Assembly (NCBI GenBank): GCA_041661265.1
Contig: JBAZUT010000001.1
Coordinates: 1,854 to 65,853, forward strand
From: Minisyncoccota bacterium
GTDB taxonomy: Bacteria; Patescibacteriota; Minisyncoccia; JAHIHE01; JAGLIN01
Direction of reading: 5' to 3'
DNA: 64,000 bases
Shown here: positions 1-10,059 of the stretch, in pieces
Numbering within the stretch: position 1 is the first letter of the stretch
How the letters are laid out: the number at the start of each line of letters is the position of its first letter
Notes under the pieces: generated by a model
Seen by the model: only the letters and a program-made list of their open reading frames with translations
Database searches by the model: none
Told to the model about the DNA's origin: nothing
Program-made: the position numbers and the translations under genes

Positions 1-3000
1 GAAGGATTGGTCGATTCTTTATTAATGAAGCTTAGAGGAAGAGTGTCTGACGCTTCATAGGCAACCGAAAGAAGGACGCTTCCGCTCGAATCCGTTCCTG
101 AAAAAACGAGAGATGCGGTATTATCGGTTATCTCCACGACATCATCATTTAAACTATGCGAAGCGGGACTTGATCCTCTTGCAATGCCGGATATTGTATC
201 GGCAGTATTATTCTTGGACGTATAGGAAATGTGCTCATCCCCTATCTGGATCGTGCCCGAGCTTCCCATAAGATCGGTTGAGGTGAGAGAAATATCCGAA
301 GTACTGGAATTATCAAGAGCCTGATTCAATTTGATGCCATAGGCTATCGTCGGATCGGTCGTATCTGTCTGGTCTCCGGCAGTCTCAAATTGGAGATATG
401 GAGAAACATTCGGATAGGTTTTTGTGTTGGGAGTTGCAGCAGCATCCGCAGAGACGACCTGATAGTTATAGAACCTTCCGGAGGCCAGATTGGCATCAAT
501 AATGACATAATGTTCGGTAACTTTCTCGGTCTGCGTTGCTGTTGAAAATCCGGTTGCGGGATCCACAGTAAAATCATCCAGTGTGGATTCAACGTATTTC
601 ACTTGTGAAGTGGAAGCCTCGTCCGTCCTCCAATAGACAGTGGCATTGGTTCTCCCCGGAGTGACCGTAGGACCCAATGTTATGCTTGGCTCTTGGATAT
701 CCGGAACCTGAGCATTGGTTGTAAAAGTGTGATATGGATCGGTCGGAGGATTGAGGGGATGCTCCATGAGATTTCCCGCGCCATCCGCGGAAAGCACCTG
801 GTATTCATAAGCTGAATCCGATGTCAGGCTGGATAAAGCGACTGTGTGCAGATAGTCCGAACCGGGAGTAACCTCCGTTACAAAAGCAGCATCGTCTTTG
901 TTTACGGAGCCGGCAATGGAAAATTCAGCCGCACCGATTCTGTATTTAACCAGAGAATATGATCTTTCATTTGTGTTCCAAGTGATCGTGGCCGAGTTTG
1001 TCGATCCGGAGCTTACGCCATCCGGAGCGGGACCGGAGATCAGAACCGGCTTCGTGCTGTCCGGATCAGTGGAAGTGCCGAACTGCAAAAAGGGAGCGGC
1101 GGAAGGAGAGGTTGCAGTGTTCGGCGTTGCGGCATTATCGGAAAATATCACCTGATAATTATAGAACTTGCCGGAGGAAAGATTGGTGTTTATTATCACA
1201 TAATGCTCGGTAACTTTTTCAGTTTGCAGGGCCGTAGAGAATCCTCCTGCGGGATCAACCGTAAAATCATTTTCGGTCGATTCGATATAGTTTACCATGG
1301 AATCCGATACCTCATTCGTCTGCCAATAGATAGTGGCAGTATCTCTTCCCGGAACAACGGTGGGTCCCGAAGTCACAGAAGGAGAAGTGCTTGTGGTAGA
1401 AAAAGTATAATAGGGATCGGTCGGAGGATTATTGGGACTCTTCATAAGAAGGCCCGCCGCGTCCGCAGAAAGAACCTGATATTCATATTGCGTTCCCTCT
1501 GCAAGTCCCGTGATATCGACCGTATGGCTGAAATTGACCGAACTGATCTCCTGCACGAAATTGACATCATCCTTATCGACTGAGCCTGCAATAAAGAAAG
1601 GAGAAGTTCCTGCTTTTCTGTATTTCACGATGGAATATGATCTTTCATCCGTATACCAAGTTATTCTTGCAGAAGTATTGCTATTATTCGAATCAACAGG
1701 AAGAGGAGAAATGAGGCGCGGAGGAGTCGTGTCTCCGATTGGCGTCTCTCCGATGCTGGATCCGTCGGGTCGGGCGGAAACTACCGAGGAATATATGGAA
1801 ATGCCGTCGGCATCTTCGGCAGTTACTCTGTAGTAATAGTCAGTCGTGCTGTTTAAGGTTCCGGGAGTGGCGCTGTCCGCGCAATTTCCGTCTCCCTCGT
1901 CGTAGCAATAATTGGTTGAGCCGCTATTGATCGTGACAAAGGGAGACAACCCATAGTCGGCGCCATCGGTAGAGCGCCACACGTTATATTTGGTCGCACC
2001 CGACACTATCTCCCACCAGACAACAAGGCTGTAATCGGAATTAGGAACAACTGTTATGTCGGACTTGTTCATCCCTTTCGGATTGGCGGGTATGGTCACA
2101 AACTTTATCGTCGGATTTTCGTTATTGAAATTATCCTTGGCCTGAAAGCATACAGTAGCTATATTGGTTGCATCAAAAGAAAGAGTCCAGACTCTGGTGG
2201 CGGAAATAGCTTCCCAGCCGGTAGCGGAAGGATCGCTGGCAAGATCGGTGGCACAAGTTGAACCATCGATATTGGAAGCATTGGCGAAGCGGACATATTT
2301 CGTGGAGCTCTCAGTGAGAGAGATATCCGTAAGCTTATACCCCGAAGCATTGGCATTGATCTTGAAAGGAGGAGTCGCATAGACCGGTATCACGGTATCC
2401 ACGGCAAAATTGGAGCTATCCGCTGTTCCGACCTGCCCCCCTCCGTTTGCATCGTTCAAAGCTATGCGGACTTTGACATTACTCAGATATATTCTTGAGT
2501 TGAGATCAGACGCCGGATCAAGAGTAAGACCGGAAGTGACAATGGGGTTTTCCGTGTATGAAACTCCAGTGACATCCCCTTTTACGGTTGCGCTCAGAGC
2601 ATAGACCCATACTGTGGTCGGGACCGTCTCATGGGCTACGGCAAGGGTTGTATATCCCACTTCCGGCCACTTGCCCCTTCCCGTTGTCACAGTAAGAACG
2701 CCTCCACTATTAGAATCATAGTATATCACCTCGTCCTCGATCATAATGTATCCGGAAGTTTTTAGAACCGAATTGGGATCGCTCACGCTGACATTGCCTG
2801 AAGCCAGAACTCCGGCAGTCGTTGTAACTCCGGCATCATAGAAATATTGGATATTGACAGTACCTCCATCCTTGTCTCCGGGCGAGTCGGATAGTCCCGA
2901 TTCCTCAAAATCAGAGATCTGATAAGAACCGACTACGATCTTTCCAATGTTGCTCGGACTTGCATCGCTGTTCTGGCTCGCAGTGATCGTGTTTTTCACG

Positions 3001-6000
3001 CAATCTCCGGTCACATCATCAGTAACCCCGACACAAGGCGGAGTGTTTCTTACATAGAGGACGGAAGCATCGGAAAGCACCGGAGTTTGAGACCCGTCAG
3101 TCGATTCCAGCCAAGCCTTATATTGCATCCACTGATCATTCGCACCTGCGCTCTGGGTCGAATTTATGGTTTCTCCGGATGAAGTTGTTTCGTAATAGGT
3201 CTGCGTTCCTCCTCCGCCGTCGCAGTTCGTCGCGTCCCCCGGACCGCACCAGGATGCCGTTGTGAGCCCCGCCTTGGATGCTGCAGTCCTGATCCTGAAT
3301 TTGAGATTCGTTCCCGCCGGTTTCTCTCCGAGATTTCCCGACTGAGCATTCCAGGAAAAAGTATTGAGCATGGAAGCGGGGCTTCCTGTATCATAAGGAG
3401 AAGAAACCAGAGTCTGAGGAGACACACCGGTATCGGGATAGTGAGTATAGTAAACCTTGAGATCGGAGAAAGTGGGTGTCGATACGCCATCGGAAGAGGT
3501 CATGGTTACTTCATATTGAAAATAGCGATGGCCGGCAACCATGGAGCTCAGAGCGCTCAATGCTGAGCTGCTGGCGCCAGCGGTCATAGCAATGCTCTGA
3601 GCAATACCGCTAAAAGCGGTTTCGCCTGAACAGGCAGAATCGTCGCAAGAGCGGACTTTGACGGTCATTCCGGTATTCGAAGGAATAGCTGTAGCCGCCG
3701 ACCACTCGGCAAGACCCCAAGAAAGATCTTTCTGTCCGGTATCGATGATCTGGGAAGTGAAAGTGCCGGAAGAATAATATCCTATGGAAGTAGAATAATA
3801 ATTTGGTGTCGGTATGGTACCGCTAAAAGAACCGTATTTAGCATATGTTCTTCCTTCACCGCCATTCCCACCGGAATAACTACCTGTTCCTCCGCCTGCT
3901 CCGCCTACGCCGCCATTAGCGCCTATACTACCGCTATCAGTGATATTTTGAGCTGTAATAATCAAAGAACCGCCTGCGCCTGCTCCGCCACCACCACCTT
4001 TATCCAAAGAAGAAACAGCCGCATTACCTCCATTATTTCCATTGGAATTTATTGAACTACCGGCAGAAATTACTAAATTATTAGAATAAATTACAACTAC
4101 TCCTCCGCCTTTACCGCCTGCTCCACCAGATGAAGCGGCCCAAGCACAACCACCCGCTCCTGCACCACCAGCCCCGCCACCACCGCCAAAATATGCGCGC
4201 GTATTTAGTGTTGAGGAACCAGCGCCGCTAGCAGTTCTTCCATCATTTCCACCACCACCACCACCACCACCCACAATATTACCACCACTACTGCCACCTG
4301 TCCCGCCATTGGAATTTGAACCAACGGATCCAGTACTAAAACCAGCCCCACCACTACCTGGAGAACCGTTACCACCTCCTCCTCCACCGCCGCCTTTTGA
4401 AGAGTTACTTCCTGAAGTAGCCACACCGCCACCGCCACCGCCATTCCCTAAAGTTCCATCCCCGCCTACTCGCGTTCCACTCCAAACAGAACCACCGCCG
4501 CCGCCGCCACCATTGAGACTATTACCCGTGCTAGCACACAAGCCTCCGCTTCCTCCGGTGCCATTATAAGATTCGCCTCCAGCTGACCCGCTAGCAGCAC
4601 TAGCCGCGGCCGCTCCACTAAAACCTAAACCATTGGCATTAATCCCATTAGCTGCACCTACCGTGACCGTACCAGTTGCCCGAAAAGCCAACACTCCGCC
4701 TTTAGTGCCGTTCCAGGCTGTCGAAATAAGCGATGCTCCGGAACTAATCGTGACATCCGTATAATTCGGAACACGCTGAACCATTGTCTTCTGTGTCGTA
4801 CTATCGCCAAATGTATAGCTAAGAGCGGAGTCTAAGGTAAGCGTGTTGGTATTAATGGCAGTTATCGTCCTAAACTCGTAATTACCAGTGTTACTATAAT
4901 CGCTGGACGTCCCCTTGAGGTTTATGATCATTATTTCATCATTAACAGCCAGGCCTGTTGGCGTTGAAGACAGCGTAACGGTTGTTGCCCCCGAGTTGAT
5001 CGTCCCAGTTGTGGAAAAATTAACCGCACTCAGAACCGTGTTCAGCGATGAAACGACCAATGCGCCATCCGCGCCATCTCCTGATCCATAATCATAATTT
5101 AATTTTATATCATTTGCATTCACTGTCACATTATTCCAGGTGCTCTCATAATAAATCTTCACTTCGCTTAAAGTCGGGGTCGCGCTGAGATCGGTTTTAG
5201 AATTCAAAGTAGCTCTATATTGAATATATCGTTTATTGTTTAAATTATAAAGGGAACCTCCGTTTGTCACCGATGCAAATGATCCGTCTGAGCAATTGGA
5301 ATTGGCGCAAGATCGCACTTCCATTGTGACCGACGATCCGCCTCCGACAGTTGAGCTGTTGTCGGTCCATGCAATTTTTCCAAAATTCTGATTCACACCC
5401 ATATCAAATATGCGGGAAGTGAAAGTGCCGGATGAATTGTATAACAAAGATGCGGCATAATAATTCGGACTCGGCGCCGTACCGCTGATGGAAGCATATT
5501 TAGCATAGGTTCTTCCTCCTCCTCCCGCCCCTCCCGCATAGCCCGATGTGATGGTCCCGCCACTACCGCCATTGGACGTGATGCTTCCGCTATTACTCAG
5601 GTTTGGCGTAAGAATAATAATTGATCCGCCAGCTCCGCCACCGCCGCCGCCTGAATACTGTTGAGAATTAATTGTGCCATTTGTGCCATTTGTGCCATTT
5701 GCAGAAATAGAAAAACCTGTCGGAATCGTAATTTGCCGGGCAAAAATTGCTATAATTCCTCCTCCTTTTCCCCCTCCTCCACCGTTTATCCCGCCGCCTG
5801 CACAAGTTGTAGAATTTTGACGTGCGCCTCCTCCAGCCGCGCCGCCGCCGCCAAAAATCGCTTTCCTGTAAAGATTAGACGAACCGGTACCATCCGCGGT
5901 TAAACCATCATTGCCGCCGCCGCCGCCGCCGCCGCCTAATGCATAAGTTGCGCTATTTCCTCCACCGCCGCCATTAAGAACTCCTCCGTCAACACCATTA

Positions 6001-7499
6001 TTTCCGCCATATCCCAAAGATCCAGCTGAACCTCCTCCTCCTCCTCCTCCTCCGCCGCCCTTTGTGGTACTTGAAGAGCCTCTTAGTGCGCCGCCGCCGC
6101 CGCCGCCGCCAACACCGGCGAGTCCGCCTGCTCCTATATATAAAGTACCATAAACACCTCCCCCTCCTCCACCACCCTGTCCGGAATTTCCATCAGTAAG
6201 AGAAGTCCCCCCGCTTCCTCCCGTGCCGTTATACGACTCGCCGCCTCCCGCATTTACACCGCAATTTCCTCCGGCTCCTCCCGCAAAGCCTAAAGCATTG
6301 GCATTGATCCCATTGGCAGCATTTACTGTTACTGTTCCAGTCGATCTAAAAGCCAATACGCCCCCCTTGGTGCCATCCCAGGTCGAGGGGATGAGAGATG
6401 CGCCGGAATTGATCGTAACATCAGTATAATTCGGCACCCGCTGAACCATTATTTTTTGCGTGGTACTGTCGCCATAGGTATAGCTAAGCGCGGAATTTAA
6501 AGTGAGAGTGTTGGTATTTATCGCAGTTATCGTTTTAAATTCATAATTACCCGCATTGCCAGAATCCGCAGAAGTACCCTTAAGATTGATTATTATGATC
6601 TCATCATTAACAGCCAGGCCTGTTGGCGTTGCAGATAAAGTGACAGCAGTCGCTCCGGCGCTGATCGTACCAGTGGTGGAAAAATTAACTGCACTCAGAA
6701 CCGTGTTCAACGATGAAACGACCAATGCGCCATCCGCGCCAGTGCCGCCGCCATAATCATAGTCAAGCTTTACGCCGCTCAAAATTTGCACCTTGCCAGA
6801 CTCCGGAGTTCCTAAATTAAAATTCTCATCAGTCGAATCGGTGGAAAGAGCGGACTTTCCGTTAAATTGCGTATCCGCGGTTTCTTCCACGTTTTCGCTT
6901 ACGACAGAAAGCTTCAATACTTTATCTTCATTAGGCTGGCCCGAGTTGAGGACGATCGAATCGATGGAGTCCTTGCTCTCATAGGTAGCCCATCCTGTTT
7001 TGTTGGAAGCATGAGTCGGATAGCAGACCGAGCCGTCCCACGTTCCATTGACCGCAGTGCATTCTCCGGCATTGGCGGGAGGAGCTATGTCCCAGCCCGC
7101 CTGTATCCATGAATTCGTGGCCGCCCTTCCGCTTGGCTTGCCGGGCATAAAAAAATACAGCACGGAACTCGTGACTATCGTGCTTACCAGGATCATAATA
7201 AAAGCGGTCTTGCTTAGAAATCTGACTTTTCTTTCCATCTTTTTATATTGACAGAAAGAATTATTACAGAATATCACCGATTCTTTTCCAAGCTTGGAAA
7301 AGATGAGAAAATTTTCTGCGCTATCGCCAAAAAGAAGGCAGATAAATCTTACAACCAACCTTGCAGCCTCCAGAGAGTATAGCTTCAGAGAGTCAAAAAA
7401 CATCAGAACTTTGTTCCCTTCTGTTTTCGACTGCTCTATTTCCTTCCTGATCCTGTCTGTGAGCAATATTATCTTTTCATACAAAGCAAGAAGCCTCAT
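1..7499 (-). CDS. Giant surface/adhesin-like protein (>=2499 aa, 3' end beyond window): N-terminal TM segment, two tandem Gly-rich modules, fibronectin-III/Ig-like repeats
   Basis: ATG at 7499 (MRLLALYEKII...), hydrophobic segment TAFIMILVSTIVTSSVLYFF, then S/T/G-rich sequence. The same frame is open at the window edge (...VAYEASDTLPLSFINKESTNP). Absent from the ORF track, probably because it has no stop in the window. Confidence 0.85.
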   Translation of the reverse strand, partial: MRLLALYEKIILLTDRIRKEIEQSKTEGNKVLMFFDSLKLYSLEAARLVVRFICLLFGDSAENFLIFSKLGKESVIFCNNSFCQYKKMERKVRFLSKTAFIMILVSTIVTSSVLYFFMPGKPSGRAATNSWIQAGWDIAPPANAGECTAVNGTWDGSVCYPTHASNKTGWATYESKDSIDSIVLNSGQPNEDKVLKLSVVSENVEETADTQFNGKSALSTDSTDENFNLGTPESGKVQILSGVKLDYDYGGGTGADGALVVSSLNTVLSAVNFSTTGTISAGATAVTLSATPTGLAVNDEIIIINLKGTSADSGNAGNYEFKTITAINTNTLTLNSALSYTYGDSTTQKIMVQRVPNYTDVTINSGASLIPSTWDGTKGGVLAFRSTGTVTVNAANGINANALGFAGGAGGNCGVNAGGGESYNGTGGSGGTSLTDGNSGQGGGGGGGVYGTLYIGAGGLAGVGGGGGGGALRGSSSTTKGGGGGGGGGGSAGSLGYGGNNGVDGGVLNGGGGGNSATYALGGGGGGGGNDGLTADGTGSSNLYRKAIFGGGGAAGGGARQNSTTCAGGGINGGGGGKGGGIIAIFARQITIPTGFSISANGTNGTNGTINSQQYSGGGGGGAGGSIIILTPNLSNSGSITSNGGSGGTITSGYAGGAGGGGRTYAKYASISGTAPSPNYYAASLLYNSSGTFTSRIFDMGVNQNFGKIAWTDNSSTVGGGSSVTMEVRSCANSNCSDGSFASVTNGGSLYNLNNKRYIQYRATLNSKTDLSATPTLSEVKIYYESTWNNVTVNANDIKLNYDYGSGDGADGALVVSSLNTVLSAVNFSTTGTINSGATTVTLSSTPTGLAVNDEIMIINLKGTSSDYSNTGNYEFRTITAINTNTLTLDSALSYTFGDSTTQKTMVQRVPNYTDVTISSGASLISTAWNGTKGGVLAFRATGTVTVGAANGINANGLGFSGAAAASAASGSAGGESYNGTGGSGGLCASTGNSLNGGGGGGGSVWSGTRVGGDGTLGNGGGGGGVATSGSNSSKGGGGGGGGNGSPGSGGAGFSTGSVGSNSNGGTGGSSGGNIVGGGGGGGGNDGRTASGAGSSTLNTRAYFGGGGGAGGAGAGGCAWAASSGGAGGKGGGVVVIYSNNLVISAGSSINSNGNNGGNAAVSSLDKGGGGGAGAGGSLIITAQNITDSGSIGANGGVGGAGGGTGSYSGGNGGEGRTYAKYGSFSGTIPTPNYYSTSIGYYSSGTFTSQIIDTGQKDLSWGLAEWSAATAIPSNTGMTVKVRSCDDSACSGETAFSGIAQSIAMTAGASSSALSALSSMVAGHRYFQYEVTMTSSDGVSTPTFSDLKVYYTHYPDTGVSPQTLVSSPYDTGSPASMLNTFSWNAQSGNLGEKPAGTNLKFRIRTAASKAGLTTASWCGPGDATNCDGGGGTQTYYETTSSGETINSTQSAGANDQWMQYKAWLESTDGSQTPVLSDASVLYVRNTPPCVGVTDDVTGDCVKNTITASQNSDASPSNIGKIVVGSYQISDFEESGLSDSPGDKDGGTVNIQYFYDAGVTTTAGVLASGNVSVSDPNSVLKTSGYIMIEDEVIYYDSNSGGVLTVTTGRGKWPEVGYTTLAVAHETVPTTVWVYALSATVKGDVTGVSYTENPIVTSGLTLDPASDLNSRIYLSNVKVRIALNDANGGGQVGTADSSNFAVDTVIPVYATPPFKINANASGYKLTDISLTESSTKYVRFANASNIDGSTCATDLASDPSATGWEAISATRVWTLSFDATNIATVCFQAKDNFNNENPTIKFVTIPANPKGMNKSDITVVPNSDYSLVVWWEIVSGATKYNVWRSTDGADYGLSPFVTINSGSTNYCYDEGDGNCADSATPGTLNSTTDYYYRVTAEDADGISIYSSVVSARPDGSSIGETPIGDTTPPRLISPLPVDSNNSNTSARITWYTDERSYSIVKYRKAGTSPFFIAGSVDKDDVNFVQEISSVNFSHTVDITGLAEGTQYEYQVLSADAAGLLMKSPNNPPTDPYYTFSTTSTSPSVTSGPTVVPGRDTATIYWQTNEVSDSMVNYIESTENDFTVDPAGGFSTALQTEKVTEHYVIINTNLSSGKFYNYQVIFSDNAATPNTATSPSAAPFLQFGTSTDPDSTKPVLISGPAPDGVSSGSTNSATITWNTNERSYSLVKYRIGAAEFSIAGSVNKDDAAFVTEVTPGSDYLHTVALSSLTSDSAYEYQVLSADGAGNLMEHPLNPPTDPYHTFTTNAQVPDIQEPSITLGPTVTPGRTNATVYWRTDEASTSQVKYVESTLDDFTVDPATGFSTATQTEKVTEHYVIIDANLASGRFYNYQVVSADAAATPNTKTYPNVSPYLQFETAGDQTDTTDPTIAYGIKLNQALDNSSTSDISLTSTDLMGSSGTIQIGDEHISYTSKNNTADTISGIARGSSPASHSLNDDVVEITDNTASLVFSGTDSSGSVLLSVAYEASDTLPLSFINKESTNP
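3450..6765 (-). repeat. Intragenic tandem duplication of a ~1.66 kb module (~5100-6765 and ~3450-5095)
   Basis: Near-identical DGALVVSSLNTVLSAVNFSTTGTI...MVQRVPNYTDVTI...GTKGGVLAFR and RTYAKY...SGTFTS blocks recur ~1660 nt apart. The Gly-rich cores differ. Confidence 0.85.
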
Positions 7500-7695
7500 T
7501 TTTTTGTTTTGTTATATGCACCTCAGGAATAACAATTAGCTCTATTTATTAACTACAATATATCAGCAAGAAGATGCCTTCTGTTTTTTTTATTTGGGTA
7601 ACTCATAATAGAATTATACAATAAATTGCAAAATATAACAAATAGGCGTGCTAGTCCACCTCATATTGCATCAAGTAACCAGGTGCAAAGACATA

Positions 7696-8181
7696 TCATG
7701 CAAGCGACTCATCTATTTTTTTGGCCCAATCCATGGCCTTTTTCGCATTTTCATCCTTGTTTTTCAGAACATCGACAAAATCCGCCTCACCGATAAATTC
7801 ATTCCCTTTCAGTTCTTTTTTCATATCTTCCAGCGCTCTTTTCATCCCTCCGCTATGAGAGCAGAACGGTGCTATTTTCTTTCCGGAAAGTTTTGCTTTC
7901 GAAAAAAAAGTTCCGATGGGAGGAGAGAACGTGAAAGACCAGACAGGAGTGCCGATAATGATCGCATCATAATCGCCGGGATCCACGGAGAAAGGAAAAA
8001 GTTCCGGCTTTTCCTTCATGAACACCTGCCTTCCTCCCCAAAAATATTTCATAAATCCATTTGCGGAGATCTCCTTTTTCGGTTTCAGTTCCATGACATC
8101 TGCGCCAAGCGCTTTTGCAACAGCTTCCGCGATGAATTTGGTGTTACCCTCAAGCGAATAATAGACTACCAGTTTTTTCAT
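7696..8181 (-). CDS. Flavodoxin family protein
   Basis: LVVYYSLEGNTKFIA FMN-binding loop, GTPVW, FCSHSGG. Confidence 0.9.
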   Translation of the reverse strand: MKKLVVYYSLEGNTKFIAEAVAKALGADVMELKPKKEISANGFMKYFWGGRQVFMKEKPELFPFSVDPGDYDAIIIGTPVWSFTFSPPIGTFFSKAKLSGKKIAPFCSHSGGMKRALEDMKKELKGNEFIGEADFVDVLKNKDENAKKAMDWAKKIDESLA

Positions 8182-8301
8182 ATTTTTTCATTATGGATTA
8201 TTAAAGCCACCGCGCGACGGCTGATCGCTGCCTGCATTTATTATAACACAAAACGCATCAAAATTGATGCGTCAAATCCAAAGTCCCAAGAAACACGATC
8301 C

Positions 8302-8487
8302 CTAGAACAACTTATCAAAATCTCTCGAATATTTTCCCATTTTTTCGATCATTATATCCACGATCCCGCTCTTGTAGATCTTGTCCTTATATGCCACAGT
8401 CAATGCCAGAACCGCAAGAAGAATAAAAACCATAACTATAAGCAGGTCCCTTTTCTTGTTCAAGTTTTTTCTTATCAGCATTGGCAT
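8302..8487 (-). CDS. Small single-TM membrane protein
   Basis: Basic N-terminus plus hydrophobic helix; lies directly after the TetR gene. Confidence 0.5.
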   Translation of the reverse strand: MPMLIRKNLNKKRDLLIVMVFILLAVLALTVAYKDKIYKSGIVDIMIEKMGKYSRDFDKLF

Positions 8488-8491
8488 GTCT

Positions 8492-9079
8492 CTATTTGAA
8501 AAATAAAGAATTGATGTGCTTGGCAATATCTTTCGATTTCAGGTTCTTTCCACCGTCCAAAATCTCTCCAAGAACGAACGTGTTGAGCATTCCAATAAGA
8601 AGATGAGTCGCCATGTTGCTCGAGATGGAATCTTTTTTTCTGAGAACGAGAACGTCCTTGACTATGGGCTCGAATTGGCCCGCTATCTCATCCTTTTTTC
8701 TGGAAATAAAATCCACGATATTCTCATCTTCCTTGGCATATTTCTCATTCGTAAGCTTTGCAAGGTCTTTTTCCTCAAGGCAAAAATCCACATAGGAAGT
8801 TATCGCCTTGCAAAATTTTTTCTGGACCGAGAAATCCCCTTCGCTTATCTTTTTTATCATGCCGGAAAATTCGCTGAAGGCTCCGTCGATCACTTCCAAA
8901 TAAAGCTTCTCCTTGCTTGGAAAATGATAATAAAGCGCGGCCTTGGTCATCTCGAGAGACTTTGCGATATCCGACATCGAAACCCCGAGATAGCCGAACT
9001 TCGAAAACAGCTTTTCCGCCACATCGACTATGAGGTTTTTCGTCGGCGACGACTCTAGTTTTTCCGAATTAGGATCCAT
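8492..9079 (-). CDS. TetR/AcrR family transcriptional regulator
   Basis: AEKLFSKFGYLGVSMSDIAKSLEMTKAALYYHFPSKEKL HTH. Confidence 0.95.
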   Translation of the reverse strand: MDPNSEKLESSPTKNLIVDVAEKLFSKFGYLGVSMSDIAKSLEMTKAALYYHFPSKEKLYLEVIDGAFSEFSGMIKKISEGDFSVQKKFCKAITSYVDFCLEEKDLAKLTNEKYAKEDENIVDFISRKKDEIAGQFEPIVKDVLVLRKKDSISSNMATHLLIGMLNTFVLGEILDGGKNLKSKDIAKHINSLFFK

Positions 9080-9134
9080 ATATGTAAATTTCTTATTACC
9101 AAAAAAAGGGAGATCGGAGAATTTTATTATTCTC

Positions 9135-9296
9135 TCATTCTACTTCCGGCACGTTTGCCTTCTCCATCTCCGCAATTCTGCGTTCTACTACTCCCATAAA
9201 TTCTTGCTGCGTCCTGGCTGCTTTTACTTCCGGCTCATTGAAGAACTCGGACATTTCTGCAACCAACGTTGTGAATCTGTCTATTCCTTGGAACAT
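9135..9296 (-). CDS. 53-aa small protein (MFQGIDRFTTLVAEMSEFF...)
   Basis: Translated by hand; AGAGGA RBS; lies between a promoter/operator and the TetR gene. Confidence 0.6.
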   Translation of the reverse strand: MFQGIDRFTTLVAEMSEFFNEPEVKAARTQQEFMGVVERRIAEMEKANVPEVE

Positions 9297-9321
9297 TTCT
9301 TTCCTCTTTTTTTGTTTTACT

Positions 9322-9378
9322 TACTTACCGTTCGGTAAGTAGCTATTATCATCGTACACCCCGGACATTATCTGTCAA
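9322..9378 (-). promoter_or_regulatory. Sigma70-like promoter with palindromic operator TACTTACCG-tt-CGGTAAGTA (9322-9341), probable TetR site
   Basis: TTGACA at 9373-9378 (minus), TACGAT at 9351-9356, perfect 9-bp inverted repeat just downstream. Confidence 0.7.
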
Positions 9379-9395
9379 GGCAAAATATGAGTGAA

Positions 9396-9833
9396 TTATT
9401 CGAATTTCTTGTAAAAAAAGCCATTAAGATAGCATTCTATGCTTCTTTCGCTTGCATCAAAATGGGGCATGGGAATGTTCTTTGGGTCCGCCCAGATCCA
9501 TCCCTCGCATTTCTCGGGTTCCATGATCCGTGGTTCTCCTGAGAAATCTTTAGCCAGAAGGACAACGGAAATATAGTGCACTCCTTCGTTCCTGTATGTT
9601 TTCAAATTATTCGTTACGGCGATCACTTCCGGATGCGAGATATCCATTCCGGTCTCTTCCTTGATCTCCCGAATGGCGCAATCCTCGAACGTTTCCCCGG
9701 CCTCAAGCCGCCCTCCGGGGATCGAAAAGAACGGCGCATGGCTCCCCTTTCTTTTCCCAAAAAGAACGTTTCCATCTTTGTTGATTATAATGACGCCAAT
9801 GCCGACGCCGGGCCTCGGTTTATCTTTTTTCAT
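9396..9833 (-). CDS. NUDIX hydrolase (MutT/NUDT15-like)
   Basis: Nudix box PGGRLEAGETFEDCAIREIKEETG; EPEKCEGW. Start moved to MKKDKPRPG. Confidence 0.9.
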   Translation of the reverse strand: MKKDKPRPGVGIGVIIINKDGNVLFGKRKGSHAPFFSIPGGRLEAGETFEDCAIREIKEETGMDISHPEVIAVTNNLKTYRNEGVHYISVVLLAKDFSGEPRIMEPEKCEGWIWADPKNIPMPHFDASERSIECYLNGFFYKKFE

Positions 9834-10059
9834 AATAAAAAAGTTACGATTTATTATTGTCCATAAAGGATATGCTTTAATATTATCAAAGTTCCGGCTT
9901 TGTTTCAAATTACCGCCGGAAATAAGGATCACATCCGCATTGTAATACTATTACGGCATGTTCCGTCTTTACCTTGAGTGGATAAGATCAGCATTTACGG
10001 AATGCCTGAATCATCGATAGATGCTATAATCATATCATTGCCGAAAGATAAAAATAAAT

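Noticed and set aside
4650-6765. Diversity-generating retroelement TR/VR pair
   Set aside because: Both copies are in-frame parts of one CDS, differences are not confined to adenines, and no reverse transcriptase is in the window.
344-7539. Many short ORFs including Pro-rich ones (e.g. 4309..4569)
   Set aside because: Antisense or alternate-frame shadows of the giant minus-strand gene; poly-Pro mirrors poly-Gly codons.
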